A DNA stretch of 64,000 nt, from the NCBI GenBank assembly GCA_944325355.1, contig CALUZS010000015.1, positions 12,758 through 76,757 of the forward strand. The letters run 5' to 3'. The DNA comes from an uncultured Parabacteroides sp. Its GTDB lineage: Bacteria > Bacteroidota > Bacteroidia > Bacteroidales > Tannerellaceae. Both the position numbers and the translations under genes were made by a program. Under the pieces are notes generated by a model that worked only from the letters and a program-made list of their open reading frames with translations, was not told the DNA's origin and did not search any database. Below, piece after piece: positions 56,680 through 64,000 of the stretch (positions are counted from its first letter, which is position 1; every line of letters starts with the position of its first letter).

Positions 56680-57321
56680 CTATAAATAAATTTCCCCGAA
56701 ATATTCTGGGCGGTGGAAATCAGGAGAGGGGACATCTATCGGATTCCAACTGATAAAGCGGGGATAATCCGTCTCATCTGCACAGTGGTAGAAGTTTGCA
56801 AGAAGCTTTTGGGGCAGGTGCTCTTCATCTATCCCCATCAGTCGGAACGGGATAGCTACCGTCAGTTCCCAGGAATGGATTCCTTTCCGTTCCTCGAATG
56901 GCTGTGTCCCTGCTGTTGCGTAGTGGCGTATCTGGGCATACTCTTCGGCAGTGAACGGTGTTTTGATTTCCCTTGATTCCCGATGGGCGGCATCGCAGGT
57001 TCCAATGCAGTTAAATTCAAAATTTATGTATTGTTTGTCCTCAGGCTTTTTGCAGAAGAACTCCACGCAGCTGTCCTTATGGACGTTTGATCCGTTTTCA
57101 TTATAGACTGCTTTTAGTGAATAGCCTTTTATGAAATAGCGCAAATAAAGGCAGGTTTTGCTTCTGGCTATGTCGAAAACGGCAATCGGGCAATAAGGAT
57201 ATTCTTTCCAATTAACGGAATGTATATATTCTCTTACAGCTTCGGTTTCAAGGATTGGTCCTATTTCCGACAGCCCCATATCGTCCAAACATTCCAAATA
57301 AGGTACTTTCAGTTGTTTCAT
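56680..57321 (-). CDS. Carbohydrate-binding family 9-like (DOMON-like) protein
   Basis: VHKDSCVEFF, YINFEFNCIG, WELTVAIP, ANFYHC, PDFHRPEYFG. Confidence 0.78.
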   Translation of the reverse strand: MKQLKVPYLECLDDMGLSEIGPILETEAVREYIHSVNWKEYPYCPIAVFDIARSKTCLYLRYFIKGYSLKAVYNENGSNVHKDSCVEFFCKKPEDKQYINFEFNCIGTCDAAHRESREIKTPFTAEEYAQIRHYATAGTQPFEERKGIHSWELTVAIPFRLMGIDEEHLPQKLLANFYHCADETDYPRFISWNPIDVPSPDFHRPEYFGEIYL

Positions 57322-57360
57322 AAGCAGTTAAATTTATTTGCTGTTAATATAATAGTCAAG

Positions 57361-57397
57361 CAAACAGGCAACGACTTCAGATACCGTTGCCTGTTTG
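57361..57397. terminator. 13-bp hairpin downstream of sufS
   Basis: CAAACAGGCAACG / CGTTGCCTGTTTG; weak U tract. Confidence 0.5.
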
Positions 57398-57432
57398 TGT
57401 GTAGGAATAACTCTATGGCATATTGTTGTTCC

Positions 57433-58647
57433 TTAAAGCATTTGTATGACACGCTTTAATCCGTCAATGAAAACATCTACTTCATCGTGCGTGTTATAGA
57501 AAGAAAACGATGCTCGTATCGCGCCTTCTATTCCCAGCCGTTGCATCAGTGGTTGAGCGCAATGGTGGCCGGTACGGACGGCTATCCCCAATCGGTCGAG
57601 CAACATCCCCATGTCGTAATGGTGGATATTGCCTACGAGGAAAGAGAGGACAGCCCCTTTGTTGGGCGCTTTGCCGAATATCCGTACACCGTCGATGGTT
57701 TCCAGGCGCCTGGTCGCATAGTCCAGCAAGTCGTTTTCGTAGGCAGCGATATTATCCATCCCGATGTTTTCGACATAACGTAACGCTTCGGCAAGGGCGG
57801 TGCTTCCTATGAAGTCTGGCGTACCGGCTTCAAACTTGAACGGTAATTCATTGAATACGGTCTTTTCAAAAGAGACCGATGAAATCATCTCCCCGCCACC
57901 TTGGTAAGGCGGAAGTTTTTCCAGCCATTCTTCTTTGCCATATAATACGCCGATGCCTGTGGGTCCGTAAATCTTGTGCCCGGAGAAAGCATAAAACTCT
58001 GCATCCAAATCTTGTACGTCGACTTTCATGTGCGGGACTGCCTGTGCCCCGTCTACCATGACCGGAACGTCGTGTTCGTGTGCGATACGGATAATTTCTT
58101 TTATGGGATTGATGGTTCCCAGCACGTTCGAGACATGTGCTACGGAAACCAGCTTCGTTTTGTTGGAGAATAACTTTTCGTATTCGTCAAGTAACAGTTC
58201 GCCATTGTCATTCATTGGAATGACTTTGATGGATATGTCTTTTTTTGCCGCTTCGATTTGCCAAGGAACGATGTTCGAATGGTGCTCCATGACGGATACA
58301 ATAATTTCATCGCCAGGCGAAACGCATTCATCGGTGAAACTGGAAGCAATCAGGTTGATGGATTCAGTAGTTCCTCTTGTAAATATGATTTCGTTGGAAG
58401 AACGTGCGTTAAGGAATTGTTGAATCGCTTGGCGTGCCTCTTCGTGCGCTTCGGTAGCAGCCTGACTTAGAAAATGGACGCCGCGGTGAATGTTCGCATT
58501 TACGTTGTAATAACTGTTTTCGATTTTCTCAATGACACAACGAGGTTTTTGGGTGGTTGCACTGTTATCAAAATAGATAAGTGGTTTTCCGTAAACTTGG
58601 TGGCTCAAAATCGGAAAATCTTTCCGTAAGGTTTGTGCATCTAACAT
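57433..58647 (-). CDS. sufS: Cysteine desulfurase (SufS type)
   Basis: YFDNSATTQKP, NIHRGVH, EHHSN, DGAQ, FSGHKIYGP, RTGHHCAQP. Confidence 0.95.
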   Translation of the reverse strand: MLDAQTLRKDFPILSHQVYGKPLIYFDNSATTQKPRCVIEKIENSYYNVNANIHRGVHFLSQAATEAHEEARQAIQQFLNARSSNEIIFTRGTTESINLIASSFTDECVSPGDEIIVSVMEHHSNIVPWQIEAAKKDISIKVIPMNDNGELLLDEYEKLFSNKTKLVSVAHVSNVLGTINPIKEIIRIAHEHDVPVMVDGAQAVPHMKVDVQDLDAEFYAFSGHKIYGPTGIGVLYGKEEWLEKLPPYQGGGEMISSVSFEKTVFNELPFKFEAGTPDFIGSTALAEALRYVENIGMDNIAAYENDLLDYATRRLETIDGVRIFGKAPNKGAVLSFLVGNIHHYDMGMLLDRLGIAVRTGHHCAQPLMQRLGIEGAIRASFSFYNTHDEVDVFIDGLKRVIQML

Positions 58648-58691
58648 GATAGTTTTTTTATCTGTTTTTGGTTATTAATACTAAATGGTGC

Positions 58692-58699
58692 CAAAGATA
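58692..58699 (-). promoter_or_regulatory. -7 promoter box for sufS
   Basis: TATCTTTG on minus strand. Confidence 0.55.
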
Positions 58700-58741
58700 A
58701 TACGTTTCTTACGGAAATAAAAATATCCGGGCCTTTAAGTT

Positions 58742-59833
58742 TTAGAATAGTATGCGGAAATGGTGTAATTTATTGTAGTATATATATTTGATTTCCCATT
58801 GATGATATTCGCAGATTGCCTTTACGATGGCAAGCCCTAAGCCATATCCTTTAATATTTTCTGAAGTCCGGTAAAAACGGTTGAAGATGAGCCTGACATC
58901 CAATGCCGATTCGTTTGGAGACGTGTTTGATACGGTGAGAGAGCCTTCGTTGATGGAGATAATAATCTCTCCATTGGGGTAATTATGCCGGATAGCATTT
59001 ACTATAAGGTTATTCATAAGGCTTTCTAATAGCGTGCGGTTCCCTTTTACGGCAAGGCTGGGTGTTTGGAAGTCTGTCTGCAAGGAGAGGTTTTCTGTCA
59101 GGCTCTCTATTTGTGGCAGAAGCTTCCGGATGAAAGCCACCAAGTCGATTTCTTCCGTCTGCTCGTATTGGTTGTTCTCGATTTTGGCGAGCAGCAGCAG
59201 ACTGCGGTTCAGGTGCGTCAACCGGTTTGTCGTCTGGTATAGGCTCTGGATGATGTCCGCCTGCTGCTTGCTCAGTTCCGGTTGTTGGAGGAACATGTCG
59301 AGTTTGCTTTGGATGATGGCGAGGGGTGTCTGCAATTCATGGGAAGCGTTCTCGGTGAACTCTTTTTGGACGCGGTAGCTGTTCAGGTTATTCTGCATTA
59401 GCGACAGTAAGGTGTGGTTCAGCTGCTCAAATTCTTTCACGTCGCTGTCGGGTAGATCGGGAAGTTGCCCATTTTCCAGCCGGAACTGTTCTGCTTTCTG
59501 CAAGGTGGCATCGAAAGGTTTCCACAAGCGGCTGGTGATGAACCGCATGGTGAGCGTGATGGCAATACCCAATATGCCGCTGATTAATAGGTATTGCAGC
59601 ATGATGCCTTGCAGGATGTCCTCTTCCAAGTCGAGGGAAGGGATGGGTTCTCCCTGCTTGACCGCTTCGATGATGTCTATCATGTCTTCCGCATAGAAAT
59701 GCTTGGTCAGCAGATAGAACAACGGGGTGGCAACCAACAATAATATAACGGTACATATCACGAACTGCACCAGTGCTTTGTCAAGCAAACTTCTCTTTGT
59801 GCTTCTTTTTTTTGCTCTTGGTTTCATATTCAT
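58742..59833 (-). CDS. Sensor histidine kinase (HisKA + HATPase), no adjacent response regulator
   Basis: Two TM helices, H-box FTENASHELQTPL, N-box NLIVNAIRHN, RFYR, GLGLAIV. Confidence 0.9.
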   Translation of the reverse strand: MNMKPRAKKRSTKRSLLDKALVQFVICTVILLLVATPLFYLLTKHFYAEDMIDIIEAVKQGEPIPSLDLEEDILQGIMLQYLLISGILGIAITLTMRFITSRLWKPFDATLQKAEQFRLENGQLPDLPDSDVKEFEQLNHTLLSLMQNNLNSYRVQKEFTENASHELQTPLAIIQSKLDMFLQQPELSKQQADIIQSLYQTTNRLTHLNRSLLLLAKIENNQYEQTEEIDLVAFIRKLLPQIESLTENLSLQTDFQTPSLAVKGNRTLLESLMNNLIVNAIRHNYPNGEIIISINEGSLTVSNTSPNESALDVRLIFNRFYRTSENIKGYGLGLAIVKAICEYHQWEIKYIYYNKLHHFRILF

Positions 59834-59839
59834 GCCAGT

Positions 59840-60256
59840 TTATTTGAACAACATGATGATGCTTCCGCTTGTAATCAGCAGCGCACCGATTATCACCCGG
59901 GGAGTGACCGGCTCTTTCAGGAAGAGGAAAGAAAGGCAGATGGTAATCACCACGCTCAGCTTGTCGATGGGGGCTACCCGCGACACGTCGCCGGTCTGTA
60001 ACGCCTTGAAGTAGAACAACCACGACAGACCTGTCGCCGCACCGCTCAACACGAGGAACACCCAGGCATGGCGCGGGATATCCTTTATCCCTTCTGCTGC
60101 CGAGCTGAACAGTACGATACCCCAGGTAATGAACAGGATGACGGTAGTACGGATGGCGGTTGCCAAGTCCGAGTTGATGTCCTTCACGCCTATTTTGGCG
60201 AAGATGGCAGTAAGGGCGGCGAAGAACGCCGACAGCAAAGCATAATATTTCCACAT
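59840..60256 (-). CDS. EamA/DMT family small transporter
   Basis: SAFFAALTAIFAKIG, GLSWLFYFKAL, VAPIDKLSVV. Confidence 0.9.
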   Translation of the reverse strand: MWKYYALLSAFFAALTAIFAKIGVKDINSDLATAIRTTVILFITWGIVLFSSAAEGIKDIPRHAWVFLVLSGAATGLSWLFYFKALQTGDVSRVAPIDKLSVVITICLSFLFLKEPVTPRVIIGALLITSGSIIMLFK

Positions 60257-60506
60257 AATTGTTCCTGTTTAGTCGTTTCAATAGTATTAGGAACCGTCTA
60301 TGCATGTGCCCAAGGGGAAGAGCCCGAAGGCTTTCGCTCTATGGTTGGCAGATGATGGGCATTTCCCCTGCGAAAATATATATAAGGTATAAACCGCACA
60401 AGCGATTTGCCGGATTTCTGTGCCGCCGTTGTTGACAAATTACGGTTTATGTTATACATATTCCGGATTAAGGACCGGGCAACGTACCATTCCACGGTGA
60501 ATGGCG

Positions 60507-60514
60507 TACCTTTG
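60507..60514 (+). promoter_or_regulatory. -7 promoter box for the RibD-C gene
   Basis: TACCTTTG 14 nt upstream of ATG. Confidence 0.5.
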
Positions 60515-60528
60515 GCAGGTAAAAGGAT

Positions 60529-61215
60529 TTGCGTATGAAACCATTTATTATTTCACACATGATGATGTCTGTCGACGGGCGCATAGACTGTGCCATGACA
60601 GAGAAGATTGAGGAGCCGTCGGTTTATTACGATGCGCTCGATTCGCTTGCCTGCCCCTCGCAACTGATGGGGCGCGTGACGATGCAGCTGCACTATGCCG
60701 CAGGGCTATGGACTGTCGGCGGCAACACTGCTCCGGTGGGGCATGAATGCTTCCATGTGGCTTCCGGGAGCGAGGGATACACCATCGCGCTCGACACCCA
60801 CGGGTCGCTGGCGTACAGCGGTAATACTGCCGACGGCAAACCGTTGCTAGTCGTAGTGGCAGAGTGTTGCCCGAAGGCTTACTTGGATTACCTCGCCGGG
60901 AAGGGTATCTCCTGGGTGGCTGCCGGGAAGGAGCATATCGACCTGCGCCGGGCTATGGAACTGGTTGCCTGCCATTTCGGAGTGCGGCGTATCTCGCTCG
61001 TGGGCGGCGGGCATGTCAACGGAGCGTTCCTTGCTGCCGGCTTGCTCGATGAGGTGAGCGTGATGGTAGGACCGGGCATCGACGGACGGAGGGGGATGAC
61101 CGCGATATTCGACGGCATTGCCGACCCGCAGGCAGAACCTGTACTGCTCGACCTTCGCGATGTGCAACGCGTAGGCAACGGCACCGTATGGCTGCGCTAC
61201 ACCGTAAGGCAGTAG
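60529..61215 (+). CDS. RibD C-terminal / dihydrofolate reductase family protein
   Basis: HMMMSVDGRID, LVGGGHVNGAFLAAGLLDEVSVMVGPGIDG. Confidence 0.88.
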   Translation: MRMKPFIISHMMMSVDGRIDCAMTEKIEEPSVYYDALDSLACPSQLMGRVTMQLHYAAGLWTVGGNTAPVGHECFHVASGSEGYTIALDTHGSLAYSGNTADGKPLLVVVAECCPKAYLDYLAGKGISWVAAGKEHIDLRRAMELVACHFGVRRISLVGGGHVNGAFLAAGLLDEVSVMVGPGIDGRRGMTAIFDGIADPQAEPVLLDLRDVQRVGNGTVWLRYTVRQ

Positions 61216-61222
61216 TTTTTTG

Positions 61223-61400
61223 CCCCTTGCAAGGGGTGTTTTTAACGGTCACGCAAGGGGTGGAAAATACCCCTCTGAGGGGTGCCGGAAATACCTACTG
61301 AGACCTCCTTTCACGACCCACTGTGGGGTATTAACGTCACCACAGTAGGTAATAAAAGCCCCTCACAGTGCCCTCATGAAGTACCCATACAATGATCCCC
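61223..61400. repeat. Degenerate 23-24-bp array of CCCC..GGGG palindromic units
   Basis: CCCCTTGCAAGGGG (61223), GCAAGGGG (61253), CCCCTCTGAGGGG (61270), CCCACTGTGGGG (61317), with weaker units at 61294, 61340, 61359. Confidence 0.5.
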
Positions 61401-61463
61401 TCCCGGGCAGGCATTGCTGCTGCGGAAGGGGACGCTTTATGGAATTACGGTGAATCTTGGTTC

Positions 61464-62402
61464 TTACTTTGTGCGGGTCACCGTGTGGAGCACTTGCCCT
61501 TGCTTGTCAATCATGCGAAGTTCCAGCGTTTTGGGAGTGGCAGAGATGATGGAGAATCCCGGTTCGCTGCTGCAATACACCGTCCCTTTGATTGACTTCA
61601 CCTTGCGGCTGAGCGAACCGGCGGAGTTCGTAACATAGTCTATGTCGCTGCTCGGCACGCGGATATGCTGGAAATTGTGTATGTGTCCGTTCAGATACAT
61701 GTCTACATGATGCTTGCGCAGGATGCTATCTACGCGGCGCTGCATGTCTTGGCGCTCGCTCTCCTCTTTCGGTGTCTCGGCATAGATGGGATGATGCCCC
61801 ACCACAATCACCCAGTCCTCCTTGGCGGCAGCCAGCGTAGCGTCTAACCAGCCCAGCTGTGTGTCGATATCTTGCAGGCAGGCATCGGGATACTTGTCGT
61901 TCTCCTGGCGGTACTTGTCGATGAGCGGTGTGGTGTCTATCCATACGATGCGCACCGTTGTGCCCTCCTCCTCAAAGCTCTTGGTATAATAACGGGCAGG
62001 CATTTCCCACCGGCGGCTCACGCGGCTGTAGTCGATAACGGCTTGTGTGTTGCCACGGTACTCATGGTTTCCGCAGATAGGATACCAGGCAATCATCAGT
62101 TCCGGATGGCTGTAGATAAGTTCGTAGTTGGTCATCCACAGGGGGTCATCGACAGACTGCACGCCATCGAAGTGATGCACATCGCCGGCAGCTATGATAA
62201 ACTCAGGACCAACCTCTTCTGCCATCTGCCCCATCAGCTCAGCGATGGGCTTCTGGTCATAGTATCCGTTGCGTCCCAGGTCGTTTGCCATGTATATGTT
62301 GAATTTGTCTTCGTAGACGCTGTAGTCTATCGTTTGTTGGGCCATTGCCCATGTGCCCATGAGGGCAACCATCAGTAAAAGGAATAGTTTCTTTGTATTC
62401 AT
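61464..62402 (-). CDS. Exported metallophosphoesterase (acid phosphatase, PAP/TRAP-like)
   Basis: Signal peptide; NDLG, AGDVHH, GNHEY, VGHHP, GHIH; start trimmed to MNTKK. Confidence 0.88.
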   Translation of the reverse strand: MNTKKLFLLLMVALMGTWAMAQQTIDYSVYEDKFNIYMANDLGRNGYYDQKPIAELMGQMAEEVGPEFIIAAGDVHHFDGVQSVDDPLWMTNYELIYSHPELMIAWYPICGNHEYRGNTQAVIDYSRVSRRWEMPARYYTKSFEEEGTTVRIVWIDTTPLIDKYRQENDKYPDACLQDIDTQLGWLDATLAAAKEDWVIVVGHHPIYAETPKEESERQDMQRRVDSILRKHHVDMYLNGHIHNFQHIRVPSSDIDYVTNSAGSLSRKVKSIKGTVYCSSEPGFSIISATPKTLELRMIDKQGQVLHTVTRTK

Positions 62403-62515
62403 TATATATATATTATTTATATGATTCAATATTCTATTTCTAAGTGACATTCCCTTAACTTTTACCGGGTACATCTCCAATGGAACTGCCGGCAGGATAA
62501 GGAGGTGCTGCACGG

Positions 62516-64000
62516 TTAGAAGCTTACCTTCACTCCGGCATTGATACGTACACCATAATACTCGGCTTGCATGGAACGGTCAGACGTACCCTGGTAGTAA
62601 CGAAGGGGCTGGTTCAGCAGGTTGGTGGCTTCGGCATAGAAAGTTGTCTTGAATGCCTTGCCGAACGTGTAGCTGGCGTTTACGTCCATGTAGTTCACCT
62701 TGTCATAGTAACGGTCGTAGAAGGCCTCCTCACCAACCTCGTCGATGAAGTCGGAAGCGAAGTTATAGCTCCAACGGAGGTTGAACCCTGCCTTCTCGAA
62801 GTAGAGCGAGAGATTGGCTGTATGCTCGGGCGACCCCGGCAGGCGCAAGTCCTCGTTCTCGCGACCCTCGAAGTTGAAGTTCTTCACCTTGCTGTAAGTG
62901 TATGTGTAGTTCCCATAGAGACCAATGCATTTCAGAGCGGGGTGGATAAACCCGAAATCGCGCTGGTAGGCAACTTCTACACCGAAGAGGTTGGCGTCGC
63001 CGGCATTGATGGGTTGGCTCATTTCGTCGTAGGTGATACCTTGGTAGTCGAAGTTCTGCTGACGGTAGTCTACGATGAAGTCGTTAATCTTTTTGTAAAA
63101 TATCCCTCCGCTAATCAGACCAATGGACTTGAAGTAGTATTCGGCACTAAGGTCGAAGTTGTAGGAGAGTGTCGGTTTCAGGTTAGGGTTACCGAAAGCG
63201 ATGTCCTTCTGGTCGATAATGACATTGGGTACAAGGTCCGAGTATTTGGGGCGCGACAGGGTGTTGGTGAAGGCGGTGCGCAGCTTCAGGTTATCGTTTA
63301 CGTCCCATTTCAGCAATACGCTTGGCAACACGTTGATGTAACTTTTCGATTGCTCGCCTGTGGGGTTAAGGCTCTCCTCGCCACCGCTCAGGTCACCGTC
63401 GTCGTAGACGTATCCGCTGTATGTCACGTGGGTGTTCTCTAACCGCAAGCCAACCATCAGGTTCCACCGTTTGCCCAGTTGCTGGTCGAAGCGGAGATAC
63501 CCGGCAGTGACGGTCTCGTGTGCTTCGAAGTTCTCTGCCATCTCGTCATACTTAATCTCTTCCTCGAACAAGGAAGCGTCATTTACATCGATGTCACCGA
63601 TATACCCTTTGTCAACGAAGTTACCCACCTTATAGCGGTTGCCAGCCATGTAGCCATCGCGATCTTGGTTGACGAGCACCCCGAGGGCATTGTTGACGAA
63701 GGCATCTTCGTTTATTGGCATGTATTGGTAGAAGTCAATCCATTTGTCTTTATCCTTATCTACCACCTTGGCACCGAACTTCAGTTTGTTGGCAAAACGG
63801 CCTTGCACGATGGGCAACTCGAAGTTGGCACTGAACTTCATGTCCCTCTCCTTGATGTCCTCGAACTGTTCGGTTAGTTCATCCAGTTCGAAGCCTGCGC
63901 TGTTCGTAGCGTCCAGCAGGTAGTCGTTGCCATCTACGGGGCTCATAAAGGGGCGGCGGATGTCGCTGAAGTCGGTCTCCATTGCTACGCCCTCACGTTT
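62516..64000 (-). CDS. TonB-dependent receptor, C-terminal barrel (5' part beyond window)
   Basis: Frame open to window edge; GNPNLKPT, LSAEYY, LPGSPEH, TNLLNQPLRYYQG, terminal GVKVSF. Confidence 0.88.
   Translation of the reverse strand, partial: KREGVAMETDFSDIRRPFMSPVDGNDYLLDATNSAGFELDELTEQFEDIKERDMKFSANFELPIVQGRFANKLKFGAKVVDKDKDKWIDFYQYMPINEDAFVNNALGVLVNQDRDGYMAGNRYKVGNFVDKGYIGDIDVNDASLFEEEIKYDEMAENFEAHETVTAGYLRFDQQLGKRWNLMVGLRLENTHVTYSGYVYDDGDLSGGEESLNPTGEQSKSYINVLPSVLLKWDVNDNLKLRTAFTNTLSRPKYSDLVPNVIIDQKDIAFGNPNLKPTLSYNFDLSAEYYFKSIGLISGGIFYKKINDFIVDYRQQNFDYQGITYDEMSQPINAGDANLFGVEVAYQRDFGFIHPALKCIGLYGNYTYTYSKVKNFNFEGRENEDLRLPGSPEHTANLSLYFEKAGFNLRWSYNFASDFIDEVGEEAFYDRYYDKVNYMDVNASYTFGKAFKTTFYAEATNLLNQPLRYYQGTSDRSMQAEYYGVRINAGVKVSF

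Noticed and set aside
62567-63442. 291-aa antisense ORF in the TonB receptor gene
   Set aside because: Typical antisense shadow of a gene with strong codon bias
1-64000. Remaining short ORFs in the six-frame track, integrase/transposase genes, rRNA, and invertible-promoter repeats
   Set aside because: Short ORFs overlap supported genes and lack motifs; no recombinase or rRNA signatures, and no inverted-repeat pair flanking a promoter, were seen

Overview
Chromosomal window from a Bacteroidales-type genome, judged by gene content and recurring TAnnTTTG -7 promoter boxes. Most of it is housekeeping: the end of a cell-division cluster (ftsA, ftsZ, yqeY-like), cstA, metY, fbp, kdtA, gltX, priA, serS, two FKBP PPIases, an ABC-F ATPase, an M16 peptidase, RNA-modifying enzymes, rnhB, tRNA-Gln(UUG), trpB2, trpS and sufS. 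It also holds an ECF sigma/FecR/TonB-transducer/DUF4249 signalling unit. No integrase, transposase, CRISPR array or rRNA was seen. The most unusual locus is 17.6-22 kb. There a 1.77-kb integrase-less islet lies between the 3' end of priA and a diverged, frameshifted copy of priA's last ~18 codons (26 bp identical). The islet carries an HU-like DNA-binding gene preceded by a strict 22-bp-period array of palindromic units, a very acidic 87-aa ORF (possible DNA mimic) and a secreted repeat protein; priA itself is GC-rich. A second GC-rich accessory tract (~59-64 kb) has a histidine kinase with no response regulator, EamA, a RibD-C protein, a degenerate palindrome array and a TonB receptor/acid phosphatase pair. 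Other leads are a uORF/hairpin leader before a GNAT gene and a PlcP/LpxH-like phosphoesterase plus glycosyltransferase pair. All product calls come from motif recognition by eye; no database searches were run, and GC values are hand counts of single 60-nt lines.
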